Shown piece by piece: positions 12,680-25,780 of a DNA stretch of 64,000 nucleotides. The DNA comes from Octopus sinensis (taxonomy: Eukaryota): positions 196,664,001-196,728,000 of the forward strand of contig NC_042998.1 of the NCBI RefSeq assembly GCF_006345805.1, in the 5' to 3' direction. A program made the position numbers and the translations under genes. Within the stretch, counting starts at the first letter, position 1, and each line of letters begins with the position of its first letter. Under the pieces are notes generated by a model. That model was not told where the DNA came from and made no database searches. It saw nothing but the letters and a program-made list of their open reading frames with translations.

Positions 12680-13135
12680 TCTGTCGCTACGTTCTGAGTT
12701 CAAATTCCGCCGAGGTCGACTTTGCCTTTCATCCTTTCGGGGTCGATTAAATAAGTACCAGTTATGCACTGGGGTCGATATAATCGGCTTAATCCGTTTG
12801 TCTGTTCTTGTTTGTCCCTCCTGTGTTTAGCCCCTTGTCGGTAGTAAAGAAATAGGTATTTTAGTTTACAGCTTCTTATGTTCTGGAAGGTGCATGGCCT
12901 AGTGGTTAGGGTGGTACACTCATGATCACAATATCGAAGTTTCGATTCCCAGATCGGGCAGTGCATTGTGTTCTTGTACAAAAATCATTTCACGGCCCCA
13001 TTCCACTTGCTTTAATGTAAATAAGTAACCCTGCAACGAACTGACCCCTCATTCGAAAGGAAATGCCCTGATCTCGGTCGCTTGTACGCCACAGACCCTA
13101 GACCCTGGATAAGCAGCTCTATGGGTCTTAGGACT
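12680..13135 (+). mobile_element. SINE family A body followed by a CORE-like tRNA SINE (family C)
   Basis: Family A body to ~12852; then tggcctagtggttaggg (A box), ttcgattccc (B box), gcattgtgttcttgtacaaa. Confidence 0.7.
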
Positions 13136-13489
13136 AAAAATGTTTATTTTCTGGGATCTATTCGTTCCAAGGTGCTTCGTGGGGGTCGATAAAATGAAGT
13201 ATCGCTTAAGTACTGGAAGACGTTAGAATTGATTGCTCCTTTCTCTTGAGCTTAGACATCTCGGTTCTATAGCTGTAGTCTTCATTCAAAGTAAGACTGC
13301 GTTTGTCTACAAAGTGGGTACTGGTACGGTTTGAGTCATTAAGAAGTTTACCTTGTAAATAGTGGTTCCCCGTCATATCCTGCTGTGCAGCACTTGGGAC
13401 ACAGTCCCTTACTACAAACCGACCTTAGATCGAACAATGCCTTCCGACTGAAATTTTATAGAAACTGGAAACGTGTGTGTATTCTTTTA

Positions 13490-14550
13490 CTTGTTTCAGT
13501 CATTAGACTACGGCCATGCTGGAGCACCGCCTTTAGTCGATCGAGCAAATCGACCCCAGGACTTATTCTTTGTAAGCCTAGTACTTATTCTATCGGTGTC
13601 TTTAGCCGAACCTCTAAGTTACGGGGATGTAAACACACCAACATCGGTTTTATATATATATTCTTTTAGTTCTTTCGGTCATTTGACTGTGGCCATGCTG
13701 TTGCACTGCCTTGAAAATTTTTTAGCTGAATGAATCGATCACAGTACTTTTTTTTCTTTTGTTTGTTAAGCCAGGTATATTTCTATCGATATCTTTTGCC
13801 GTACCGCTAAGTTACGGGGACGTAAACACGCCAACACCGGTTGCCAAGCGATGGTCGGGAGCAAACACAGACACAAAAACACACATGCACACACATATAT
13901 ATATATATATGACGGGTTTCTTCCATTTTCTGACTACCAAATCCACTCACAAGGCTTTGGTTGGCTCCAAGCTGTGGTAGAAGACACTTGACCAGAGTGC
14001 CACACAGTGGGGCTGAGCCCGGAACCATGTAGTTGGAAAGCAAGCTTCTTACCACAGCCATCCCTGCAATATTTATATATATATATAAGAAAGAAAAAAA
14101 GGTGTTCAGAATGGTGGATGGTTGTAAAAATATATATTTCTCATTCTCATTCTCTCATTTACTTGTTTCAGTCATTTGACTGCGGCCATGCTGGAGCACC
14201 GCCTTTAGTCGAGCAAATCAACCCCGGGACTTATTCTTTGGAAGCCCAGTACTTATTCTATCGGTCTCTTTTGCCGAACTGCTAAGTGATGGGGACGTAA
14301 ACACACCAGCATCGGTTGTCAAGCAATGCTAGAAGGACAAACACAGACACACAAATATATACACACACATACATATATACATATACATATATACGACAAG
14401 CTTCTTACACTTTCTGTCTACCAAATCCACTCACAAGGCTTTGGTCGGCCCGAGGCTATAACAGAAGACAGTTGCCCAAGATTCCACGCAGTGGGACTGA
14501 ACCCAGGACCATGTGGTTGGTTAGCAAGCTACTTACCATGCAGCCACTCC
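13490..14550 (-). mobile_element. Cluster of SINE family B copies
   Basis: Repeated cttgtttcagtcatttgactgcggccatgctggagcaccgcc segments and tRNA heads near 14060 and 14545. Confidence 0.8.
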
Positions 14551-14859
14551 TATATATTTACATTTCACATATTATTTCTTCATATTAGAGCTTTCATTTA
14601 CTGTCCATTTTCCATGCTAGCATGTGTTGGATGGTTTGATAGGAGCTGGCAAGGCCTGGAGCCACACCAGGTTCCTTAGTCTGTTTTGGCCTGGTTTCTA
14701 CAGTTGGATGCCCTTCGTAACGCCAACCACTTCACAGAATGTACTTTTTGTGCTTTTTACGGGGCACCAATACTTCATCAAATTCTATCTGACCTTTGCA
14801 AGCTTGGAAAAATGGCCGTTAAAAGGACTATGATAATGGAACGGCAGTTTTTGTTGTTC

Positions 14860-15600
14860 TATGGTGTTGATGCGTTTGAAATGTGGGTGTACAGGAGAAT
14901 GTCATGAGTCCCTTAGAAGGACCCTCAGACAAATGAATAGGTGATGCAACAAGTAGGTGAAAGATGACAGCCCCTAAACATCATCATCATCATCATTTAG
15001 CGTCCGCTTTCCATGCTAGCATGGGTTGGACGGTTCAACTGGGGTCTAGGAAGCCAGGAGGCTGCACCAGGCCCAGTCTGATCTGGCAATGTTTCTACAG
15101 CTGGATGCCCTTCCTAACGTTAACCACTCCGTGAGTGTAGTGGGTGCTTTTTACATGCCACTGGCACAGGTGCCAGACGGGGTTGGCAAACGGCCACGGA
15201 CGGATGGTGCTTTTTACGGGGGCCAGGCGAGGCTGGCATTGGCCACGATCGGATGGTGCTTTTTACGTGCCACCGGCACGGAAGCCAGTCAGGGCAGCGC
15301 TGGCAACGGCCATGGTCGGGTGGTGCTTTTTACGTGCCACCGGCACAGGGGCCAGGCATGCTAGCAACGGCCACGATCGGATGGTGCTTTTTACGTGCCA
15401 CCGGCATGGAGGAAAAAAAAAACAACAACAAAAGCTTGTCTATTATGGCCATGTTTGAAGAAGCAGAGGTTTGGTAGGCATTATTATGGAAGGAAGAATA
15501 GAGGGCAGAAGATCAAGGGGCAAGTAAAGACTACAATGGTCAGACAATACGAAGAGCTGGTTGGACAAGAGTGGCAAGGTCTCTGTAGGACCCTGCTTAA
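14860..15600 (+). pseudogene. RTE-clade LINE C-terminal relic, split by a UTR repeat (-, ~14985-15410)
   Basis: DAFEMWVYRRM..TNE.V ... KLVYYGHV ... IMEGRIEGRRSRG, with stops. Confidence 0.7.
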
Positions 15601-15894
15601 TCAGAAAGACTTTTGTTGTAGTGTCAATACTCTGCTGATGTGCAGTATGTGATAACCATGGTGTCTACAATATTGCTCTCTCTCTCTCTCTCCCTCCCAA
15701 TAACAAACTCATAAAGAAATACACTTAGGTCAACGTCATTGACATATCCTTTCCCTGGGAATTGCTGGCCTTGTGCCAAAAATTGAAACCAATATTACTG
15801 TTGACTTGACTCCGGTTTGGTCTTATTCCTGGCAGGATTTCTGTGGGTAGCAGGTAACTACCTGTGACCATAGGTATTCACAAGCTTTCAATAG

Positions 15895-16080
15895 TCTTTC
15901 AAAGGCTTAGAACCTTCCTGGTAATCTTTCCTGTCCCCAAGAGGCAAACTTTCTGTAGAAGCTCTACAGGACGTTTTATTCGAATCTCCTTCAACCATTT
16001 GTCTATACCATTGCTTAGAGTTCCCAATGCACCAATTATTATAGACACAACCTTTACACGTTCCAAATTCTTGCAATTAT
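15895..16080 (-). pseudogene. C-terminus of a restriction-like-endonuclease LINE (R4/Dong/NeSL type)
   Basis: VKVVSIIIGALGTLSNGIDKWLKEI..VELLQKVCLLGTGKITRKVL matches the conserved V.V.PI.IGALG ... LQK..LLGT..I.RKVL terminus. Confidence 0.75.
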
Positions 16081-16084
16081 AATT

Positions 16085-16476
16085 AATCGGTGGTGACCAT
16101 GTTGGTGGCATGTAAAAAGCACCAACCGATTGTGGCCGTTGCCAGCTTCCCCTGGCACCTGTGCCGGTCGCACGTAAAAAGCACCATCCGTACGTGGCCA
16201 ATGCCAGCGCTGGCTTCCGTGCCAGTGGCACGTTAAAGGCACCAACCGATTGTGACCGTTGCCAGCCTCCCCTGGCACCTGTGCAGGTGGCACGTAAAAA
16301 GCACCCACTACACTCACGGAGTGGTTGGCATTAGGAAGGGCATCCAGCCAAAGAAACTCTGCCAGATCAGACTGGAGCCTGGTGCAGCCTCCTGGCTTCC
16401 CAGACCCCGGTCGAACTGTCCAACCCATGCTAGCATGGAAAACGGACGTTAAACGATGATGATGATGATGATGATG
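16085..16476 (+). mobile_element. RTE 3' UTR copy with 4 internal tandem units
   Basis: Core sequence plus (GAT)7 tail. Confidence 0.8.
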
Positions 16477-17301
16477 CTCACTCCTCCCTTAAAAAAATTA
16501 TTGGACTGCAATGAACAGACGAGACTGAATTATTCTTAGTCTAGTATTGGAATTTTAACTTCAGATTGGTGGGTATTTAAACATTCCGTTTGACTATTAT
16601 CTACCGTAACACAGGCTGTGAAGTCAGCCATAGAGTTGGTAGCATTTATGAGCTGTTATAAATTTTTTTACCTGCTGCCCCTCTTTAAACTCTGATTTTT
16701 ATTTGCCACTCTCAAATCTTTTCCCCACCACACACACTTAGTCCAGGGGGATTTTTCTTGCTCTTTTCCTGTCTTGCAAGTTGCTTGGTGACCTCACTAG
16801 TACCAATGGTACAAAAAACACCCAGTACCCACTGTAAAGTGGTTGGCATTAGGAAGGGCATCCAGCCCTTGAAACAGTACCAAAGCTGACATTGGAGGGC
16901 TACACAGCTCTACAGCTTTTCAGATTCTGTCAAACTATCCAACCCATACCAGCATGTAAGATAGAGTCCAATTTGGAATCGGTAAAATTGTACCAACTCT
17001 GACTAAATGTAAACTGTAATTTAAAGTTATTAAAATTTCCAACTTTACATATTCTAATTTGTTTGTGGTAGAAGGAATTCTCATTTCATGGTACATCATG
17101 ATAGTAAGTTCTAGAATTATGTTTTTGTTTTAACTCCTCTAATCTATAAGTGCGACATTTCTTTAATAAATTTTTTAGGGTTGAACTTTTTAGTATTTTA
17201 TGATATAATTTTCATTTCATTTAATGTTACCTTTTAGGTTACATTCACTAAAATTTTTATTAAACCATACCTTAATCGCGAAAAGGAAGTGGTATATCTG
17301 T

Positions 17302-17420
17302 AGTAAAGATTGTTTGCCAACATAACATGGCAGTCCTGGTTTAGGACGAATGTTGCTGTAATTTAGCAACATTAGTCCTAAACCAGGACTGCCATGTTAT
17401 GTTGGCAAACAGTCTTTACT
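17302..17420. mobile_element. 119-bp near-perfect palindrome; deletion derivative of the 50384-50648 foldback
   Basis: 56-bp arms agtaaagattgtttgccaac...tgttgct / agcaaca...gtctttact with a 7-nt loop; no TSD found. Confidence 0.8.
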
Positions 17421-17469
17421 CCAAAGTACTGTTCCTGAATATCTCACATTGTGAGATTTAAAAATAGTA

Positions 17470-17845
17470 ATTTTCTAAGGTATAAACTCCATCTCTCTAA
17501 CACCCATGGACATGTTTACAAAGTCAGAAAACAGCACAGCTCCCATGACTTTCGGAAACATTTTTTCATGCCAAGAGTTGCTGAAGCATGGAACAAACTG
17601 CCAGCATCAGTTGTTAGTTTTTGGAGCACTGCATCCTTCAAAACTTCCATGCTTCCTGAGATTCGCCAACACTACACCTGATTTTCTCCCCTCCATACAC
17701 ACACGCAAGCATGTATCTGACTCATACACTGTTCACTTCCCAGGCATTCGTACATTACTGCATATGCTTTATATGCACTTTTGACAAGTTGTGGTGCACC
17801 TGAGCACTGTATACAATAATTCCATTGTTATTATTATTATTATAT
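17470..17845 (+). pseudogene. CR1/L2-type LINE 3' end
   Basis: THGHVYKVRK..FRKHFF..RVAEAWNKLPASVV..STASFK, then 3' UTR and (ATT)n tail. Confidence 0.8.
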
Positions 17846-18679
17846 TTCTGTTTGAGTTAATTTAAAATGGACATTTGTTAAGTTGCTTTAAATGTTCAAT
17901 CTTTTAGTTTAATCATTGTCATCAGGTGGCTTCTAAAGGCCCTGGACACTGTCCAAGTCTCACAACTATAGAGCAGGGCAGGAAGGACCACATACCTCGT
18001 GGTCACAGAGAAGGGGACTGACTGGGACTCTGCTCAACAGGTTGACCAGGAAAACCTGGGAATACACACACAAATGGTGAATGCAGCAACACACTGCAAC
18101 AGCATATGCTCCCACACCTTACCTCACCTGATTATCATCATTTTTAACATCCACTTTGCTATGCTTGCATGGGTCAGATGGAATTTATCGAGAAATATTT
18201 TCTAGGGACAGATACTCTTCCTTTTGCCAATTCTCACCAATTTTGAAGCAAGATTATATTTCACAATGGCTAGAAGACTGGCCATTGTGCTTTTCACAGA
18301 AGACTGGAAATGAACATCATCGCTTGTACATCGGTGATGGTCATTTTTGTGTTGTCAAGACAAAGGTACATACACACACAAAACAGGCTTCTTTCAGTTT
18401 CCATCTAGCAAATCCACTCAAGGTTTTGAGTGGCCAGGGCATATAGGGGTGTCACATGGTTCAACCCCACAGCCACACCTCTACCTATTATTTACTTTGA
18501 TGTACTTCAGTATTTTGAATTCATATTCTTTTATAGTATTTCGATAGTTTATTTCTTTTATTTATTTATACATGATAGTATTTTGAGAAAATTTAGCCTC
18601 TTTAATTTTATTAGTGTCCTGTGCTTAATTGTTTGTCAGCTCTTCACCATTTAAACTGGTCATATCCAGCCAAACATCA

Positions 18680-19050
18680 TCGTCATCATGATGGTTTAAC
18701 GTCTGTTTTCCATGCTGGCATGGGTTGGATGCTTTGACTGGGGACTGGCAAGCTAGGGGGCTCCAATCTTATCTGGCAGTGTTTCTATGGCTGGATTCCC
18801 TTCCTAATGCCAACCACTCCAAGAGTGTAGTGGGTGCTTTTTACATGTCACCGGCATGGGAGCCAGTCAGGCGGCACTGGCATCGGCAACGTTTGGGTGG
18901 TGCTTTTTACGTGCTACCAGCATAGGGAACCAGTCAGGGCAGTGGGGGCTGGCATCGACCACATTCAGGTGGTGCTTTTTACGTGCCACCGGCACTGGAG
19001 CCAGTCAGGTGGCACTGGCAACAGCCACAACTACAATTTCCATTTTTTAT
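18680..19050 (-). mobile_element. RTE 3' UTR copy
   Basis: Tail, core and tandem units as above. Confidence 0.75.
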
Positions 19051-19162
19051 TGTAATTTGATTTTTGATGAAATCTGGTTGATAGAAACTGGTGGAAATAT
19101 TTAATCATATTTAATCTTTTTTGGAAAGACTTATTTTTGTAACCCCTCCCCCCAAGTTTTTT

Positions 19163-19391
19163 TTAACCCTTTAGCGTTTGCATTATTCTGCCCAAATTAA
19201 TGCTTCTTCATCTACATTGTTTTGAATTAATCATGCATTACCTTGTAGCTATGAGATTTTGATGAGGTAGCTGTTAATTTTTAAAACAATATTGTAGGGT
19301 TGGTGTGAGAGACCAGATCTGGCCAGTTTGAACATAAAACAGGCAGAATATTCTTGGCCAGATATGGCCGGTTTAAATGCTAAAGGGTTAA
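19163..19391. mobile_element. piggyBac-like MITE family 2
   Basis: TTAA|ccctttagc ... gctaaaggg|TTAA; homologues at 50767-50997 and 52574-52802. Confidence 0.8.
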
Positions 19392-20502
19392 AAATTATCA
19401 CACTTGGTGGAAAATTGATTTCTTACCACGTCTTATAATAAAGATGATGAGAAAGTCTTAAAAATCGAGAATTTCTATTAAAAAAAAATACATTCCTCTA
19501 TTAGGTATATTCATGTCCCCAAGGTTAGGCAAATTTCATAGAATTGGACAATTTAGGCCTTAACGTTAAACAAATTGGGACATGAAGATACAAAATACAG
19601 AAATGATGACTTTTAATGGAAATTCTCAATTTTTATGACTTTCTCATTATTTAAAGACATGATTAGAAATCAATTTTCCACAAAAAAACATTTTAGGTGG
19701 GGTACAAAAAGAAGTCTTTCCCCTTTTTTACTTGTTTCAGTCATTAGACTGCAGCCATGCTGGGGCATCACCTTGAATAATTTTAGTTGAGCAAATTGAC
19801 CTCAATACTTTATTTTTAAAGCCTGGTACTCAATTCAATCTCTTTTGCTGAACTACTAAGTTACAGAGGCATAAACAAATCAACACCGATTGTGAAGTGG
19901 CAGTGGGAGACAAAGACACACACACACACACACACATGTGCTTCTTTCAGTTTCTGTTTACCAAATTCACTCACAAGGCCACTTTAGAGGGGCTTAACCT
20001 AGAACTATGTACTTGGGAAGCAAGCTTCTTTCCACACAGCCACACCCTAACTCTGGTAAACTTAGCGGTTTGATAAAAACGTACCAGGCTGGGTGTTGGG
20101 GAATAAAGGAGTGACATTTCTGTATATTCAAAGGTCCCTATATAAATAAAGACATGTTTTGAAAGCAAAAAGTTGTGAAGAACTTTTGTAAATCAGAAGG
20201 ATGCTGGGACCTACCTGAATTCTTTGCAACTCTTATTACTAACACTTTTTGAAAGCATCTCTGTACATAGCTTTCACTGATCTTTGGTATTCATCTTGAC
20301 TTAGTTTTGTTAGTGACCACCAGACTACAGATTGTGAAACCTTGTCAAAGGCCTTCTATGGGTCAGCAAAAGCTAAGTATAAGGATTTAGCTAAAATCAT
20401 CTCCTTTAGCTAAAGATGATTTAGCTAAAATCATCTGGGGAGGGTCATTCTCTTTTAGTGTCTTATTATTTAACACAACGAAAATTTTAGGAAAAATAAG
20501 TA

Positions 20503-20890
20503 GGCGCAGGAGTGGCTGTGTGGTAAGTAGCTTGCTAATCAACCACATGGTTCCGGGTACAGTCCCACTGCGTGGCACCATGGGCAAGTGTCTTCTGCTA
20601 TAGCCCCGGGCCGACCAATGCCCTGTGAGTGGATTTGGTAGACGGAAACTGAAAGAAGCCTGTCGTATATATGTATATATATGTGTGTGTGTGTTTGTCC
20701 CCCTAGCATTGCTTGACAACCGATGCTGGTGTGTTTATGTCCCTGTCACTTAGCGGTTCGGCAAAAGAGACCGATAGAATAAGTACTGGGCTTACAAAGA
20801 ATAAGTCCTGGGGGTCGATTTGCTCGATTGACTAAAGGCGGTGCTCCCGCATGGCCGCAGTCAAATGACTGAAACAAGTAAAAGAGTAAA
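20503..20890 (+). mobile_element. SINE family B, near full length
   Basis: ggcgcaggagtggctgtgtggtaag head, (TA)n/(GT)n middle, aaacaagtaaaagag tail. Confidence 0.85.
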
Positions 20891-21444
20891 AGAGAGAGTA
20901 AAACTAGTTTGAGTCTAGAGAAATATGGTAATGAAAGGTTTAGTAAACACCACAACAGCATGACCCCTAAACTTCAACAGGACAGGATGCTTACGTATAA
21001 TAACCTGGTAATGCGTCTTGGCCATGTGTGTTGAAATATGTCAATTATTCTAATTACAAATAGAATTGATGGCAGCAGAAATTGACGAGTTGGAATCAGT
21101 TGAAAGTTTTGTGTATTGATTCCACAGTCCTGACTGTAACAGAGGGGCCTATGGAGAAGTTGTTAAAAGTCTGTGATATATTTAGCAAGAGTTTCATGTC
21201 AAACATTACCAGTGAACAGACCAATATTTTGCTTTCACCATTAATATGACATGTTGAAGAATATGGCATCAGTGAATCTAGCTTTCACAACTAAACTTGT
21301 TTCATCTGCTGAAAGAAATGGTAGAAATTGACAGATTTTGTTCATCACCTCCAAGTATTAACCTGTTTGAAATGAAATAACTTAATCATTCAAAATCGTT
21401 AGCTTGATTGGTTATGCCATCTCACATATTGATACATTTGCAAT

Positions 21445-22230
21445 TGTTAGTGGCATGTAAAAAGCACCAACCGATCTTGGCCGTTTGCCAGCCACCTCTG
21501 GCCCTTGTGCCGGTGGCACGTAAAAAGCACCCACTACACTCACGGAGTGATTGGCGTTAGGAAGAGCATCCAGCTGTAGAAACACTGCCAGATCAGACTG
21601 GAGCCTGGTGCAGCCTCCTAGCTTCTCAGACCCCGGTCGAACTGTCCAACCTATGCTAGCATGGAAAACGAACGTTAAACGATGATGATGATGACCTCAG
21701 TGTATAGTTTTTAGTGTTAACATGGCGCATCCTTTTTATGACAAAATTGTCTTATACAGTGATTGGTATTAAATTGCATTATTATGTTCTCAGCTCAACT
21801 ACTCCCAAGGTCAATTTTACCTTTCTGTGGTGTTGTTTTGCATTTATAATAAAATAAATATATAAAAATTATGAAAATAATCAACCTCATCGTTTATTGT
21901 CTGTTTTCCATGCTGGCATGGGTTGGACGGTTTGACTTCGATTTGGGAAGCCAGGAGTGTGCACCAGGTCCCAGTCTGATCTGGCAGTATTTCTACAGCT
22001 GGATGCCCTTCCTAACACCACCCACTCCAATAGTGTAGTGGATGCTTTTTATGTGCCACCGGCACGGGCCAGGGTAGCTGGCATCAGCTACAATTGAATG
22101 ATGCTTTTTACGTGCCACCGGCATGGAAGCCAGTTAAGACGGCACTGGCATCGGCCACATTTGAATGGTGCTTTTTATGTGCCAATGGCACAGGGGTCAC
22201 AACTACAATTTCCATATTGTAATTTGATTT
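21445..22230. mobile_element. Inverted pair of RTE 3' UTR copies (+ 21445-21692, - 21885-22230)
   Basis: Same core in opposite orientation ~190 bp apart, ~280 bp upstream of exon 2. Confidence 0.75.
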
Positions 22231-22505
22231 GATTTTGATGTTCAATAAAAAAAAAATATACAGTACTGTTTCTACTTTAGATTTTCACCTATGGAGGGAG
22301 GGGTGGAACATAACACCTGTGATAGTCGAGGGGTTACTGTACTCTGCGGTTGTGAAGCTATTTCTGTGTCTGTGCTGTTTGTTTTTATTGTTTTTATTGC
22401 AAGCTTGTATTTGTTATTAAAGGGAACTCTGAAGCAATTGTACAACCAAATTAATAATTTAGTTGTGGTTGTTATATATTATAATGTTTTTTTTTTATCT
22501 TTTAG

Positions 22506-22570
22506 GAATGCCGGAATAACTTTCCTATCGTGAAATGTACATATTGTCGATCAGAATTTCAACAAGACAG
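22506..22570 (+). CDS. FAM76: FAM76 exon 2 (ECRNNFPIVKCTYCRSEFQQD+)
   Basis: tttag| acceptor, |gtattt donor; phase 0 to 2. Confidence 0.95.
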
Positions 22571-23589
22571 GTATTTCTTTCACTTTTACCATCATCATCA
22601 CCATCTGTGTAGGTAATGGATTACCTAGAATCATTAAGAGTGTCAGACTAAATGATATTTAAGTACATCATTCTATGTTCTGAGTTCAAATCCTGCTGAG
22701 GTTAGCTGAACCTTTCATCCCTCCAGGATTGATAAAATAAAGTAGCTGTCAAGAGTATTGGAAATTTCATCATCATCATCATCATTTAACGTCCATTTTC
22801 CATGCTGGCATGGGTTGGACAATTTGACTAGGAAGCCAGGAGGCTGCACCAGGCTCCACTGATCTGGCAGTGTTTCTACAGCTGGATACCTTTCCTAACG
22901 CCAACCACTCCGAGAGTGTAGTGGGTGCTTTTTATGTGCCACTGGCACAGGGGCCTGGCATCGACCAAGGTGGTGCTGGCATCGGTCACGTTCAGATAGT
23001 GCTTTTTACGTGCCAGTGGCTCCCTCAAAATTGCTGGCCTTGTGCCTAGATTTTAAATTGCTGTTCTAATCACCATCATTGTCACAAAGGGTAGCATTAT
23101 TAGACTGTCAGATTAAGTGCCTTGTGGTATTAAGTTGGATTACTATGTTCTCAGCTCAACTACTCCCAAGTTCAGTTTTACCTTTCATTTTTTTCTTTAG
23201 TGAAGTACCAATCAAATACTGTGTGGCAGGCAGGGTTCCATCATCATCGTTTACCATCTGTTTTACATTCTAGCAAGGGCTGGATAGTTTGACAGGAGCT
23301 GGAAAGGTCAGGGGCCCCCATCAGGTTCCACTGTTCATTTTGGCAGGGTTTCTACAGCTGGATGCCCTTCCTAATACCAACCACCTTACAGACTGTACTG
23401 GGTGCTTTTTACGTGGTACCACAACCAGTGCTTTCCTTGCCCTAAAATTTCAGGTTTTGTGCCTAAATTAGAAACTCTTATATTACCTATGATATGACTT
23501 CTGATCTAGAGAGAGAGAGAGCTAATATGTCAGGCCTGTATGCTTTCCTCCCTAAGTAAATACCAATTGCTGTGGGATGCACATGTGGT

Positions 23590-23990
23590 GCTCCTGGCCA
23601 ACTCTTTCCAAAACAGATTTTCTTTGGTGAACCAGTAATTGGTTTTTGGTGAACCAAAGAAATGATACAAAGATATTCTCAAGACAAGCTTGAAAAAGTG
23701 TAACTGAGAGCAGTGTACTTGGGAACATCTTGGTCAAGATTGGTCACTGTCGGTCAGTGCTGTGTACTCTGGAGTACAGTATTTTGAATCTGATATGACC
23801 AGAGAAACTGAAGAGAGGAGGGCTGCATAGAAAGCAAGAGTCCCACCAGCTCCTAATTCTACTATTGTATGTCCCCATTTTGACTGTGGATTTTCTGCTA
23901 ATGCTGGCCTAATAAGTCACCTGAGGACCCACAAAGAATAAAGATGCCTACCTGGCCACCTTCAGAGTCATGACGGATGAATGACATAAT
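23590..23990 (+). pseudogene. 3' end of a second RTE-clade LINE family
   Basis: FPKQIFFGE..YKDILKTSLKKC ... CPH..C.FSANAGLISHLRTH C2H2-type terminus, frameshifted. Confidence 0.7.
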
Positions 23991-24265
23991 ATTATTCTGT
24001 ATTGTAGTAAGGTGGCAAGCTGGCAGAATCGTTAGTGGCGCCAGCCAATATGCTTAGCAGTATTTTGTCCGTCTGTCTTAAAGACATTCTGAGTTCAAAT
24101 TCCACTGAGATCAACTTAGCCTTTCAACTTTTCAGGGTTGATAAACTAAGTACCAATTGAGTACTGGGGTTGATGTAATCAACCACTGCCCTCTCCCAAA
24201 TTTTCAGGCCTTGTACATATAGTAGAAAGGATTATTCTGTATTCTGCTAGGATCTACATATGTAA

Positions 24266-24960
24266 TCTATAATAATAAATGACAAGTTTGTGTGTTTGTG
24301 AATTTGTTACTTTACCTCCTCCGAGACTATCCAGCAGACCTTGATGAAACTTGACACGTGTGTGGGGTTTGTGCCCATGCAGTCATTTACACACTTGGAA
24401 TTTTTTAAAAATCGATTTTTAATCAGTATCTATTTTTCAAAAATCGTAAAATTTTCGCATTTTTCGCATTAGCCATTGTAACATCAATTTGACGAAAAAT
24501 GCTGAAATGTGATGAAAAATTTTTCATGAGTATAAACAGACATCTTATTAATGGTAATCTATTTAGCATTTGCTAATTCTTCATTTCAATGCAAATTTTG
24601 ATTTGCAAAAACTTTTTTTTTTTCAATTTGTTGTTTTAATTCCACAGTGTTTCAGGTTTTGATTAAGTAAGAGCATTTTAGTTCTCAAACAAAATTTAGT
24701 CAGTTTGCACACTAGTCATCGTGACATCAATTTGACATAATCTGCCCCAAAGCGTAAAATTTCACCATTTCATGCGCATGCACAAAAATGACGACGACAT
24801 GGGTTCGCTATCAGACTCTGCTTGTTTTGTTGTTTTTTTTTTGTCAAATTGGTCCTACCTATTAATATAGATTTTAGATTTTTGAAAAATGTTGAAATTT
24901 GATGAAAAATGTTTCATGGCTATAAACAGACGGTAATTTATTACCGAGTACCTCAGCTAG
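24266..24960 (+). mobile_element. Non-autonomous Helitron, family 2 (695 bp)
   Basis: A|TCTATAATAATAAA ... cggtaatttattaccg hairpin ... CTAG|T; internal ~46-bp duplication. Confidence 0.85.
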
Positions 24961-25564
24961 TAATTAACTATGGAATAAAATCAAAATCACAGTCAATTAC
25001 AAACACAACATTTGTGTGTAATCATCATCATTTAATGCCTGTTTTTCATGCTGGTATGGGTTTGATGGTTTGAACGAACTTGCAAGACTTGGAGTCACAC
25101 CAAGTTCCATTGTCTGTCCTGACATGGTTTCTACAGCTTGATGCCTTTCCTAATGCCAACCACTTTACAGAGTGCTTTTATATGGCACTAGTTCTAAGAT
25201 GATTAATAAACTGTGGAATGGCATAAAAGTCACAATGTATATTGTATTAGAAATACAATGTGGGTGCTTTTTACGTGCCACAGGCACGTAAAAAGCACCC
25301 ACTACACTCTCGGAGTGGTTGGCATTAGAAAGGGCATCGAGCTGTAGAAACTCTGCCAGATTAAGATTGGAGCCTGGTGCAGCAATCTGGTTCACCAGTC
25401 CTCAGTCAAAATCATCCAACCCATGCTAGCATGAAAAGCAGACATTAAACGATGATGATGATGATGAAATAATACATTTCTAAATCTCTCAGAGAAATTT
25501 ATACAGTAGCAGCACGATAAAGTGATAGTATATTGTCAGCTTAATATGACAGTCCCATGAAAGG

Positions 25565-25780
25565 GAAGAATGCTACTGTTATTTAGCCCTAGGAAACACC
25601 GTTTTCCGTTGGACTTGACACATTTCCTATGTCCTTATGTTTTCAAAGTGAAGATAAGCACCTCCACCCAACAAAGCCAGCATCCAGAGACTAGTTTCAG
25701 GGCCATTGCTCATCATCAGTCTGGAGTAGCATGGCTTGCTGGCTGTCGATGCCTATCCGCCTTTGAAAACATATATATAT
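25565..25780 (-). mobile_element. ORF-less Penelope/retrozyme-like element
   Basis: Nested inverted repeats (atgttttcaaag / ctttgaaaacat; aagcca / tggctt) around a hammerhead motif; shares an end domain with the elements at ~32660 and ~50424. Confidence 0.6.
25683..25725 (-). ncRNA. Minimal type-I hammerhead ribozyme motif
   Basis: TCCAGA CTGATGA T GAGC aatg GCCC T GAAA C TA GTC TCTGGA: stem I TCCAGA/TCTGGA, intact core, palindromic stem III ACTAGT, GTC cleavage triplet; one stem II mismatch. Confidence 0.75.

Noticed and set aside
15130-15410. CRISPR-like array of palindromic repeats (GTGCCnnnGGCAC...AAAAAGCACC)
   Set aside because: The spacers are homologous to each other, there are no cas genes, the context is eukaryotic, and the units belong to the RTE 3' UTR.
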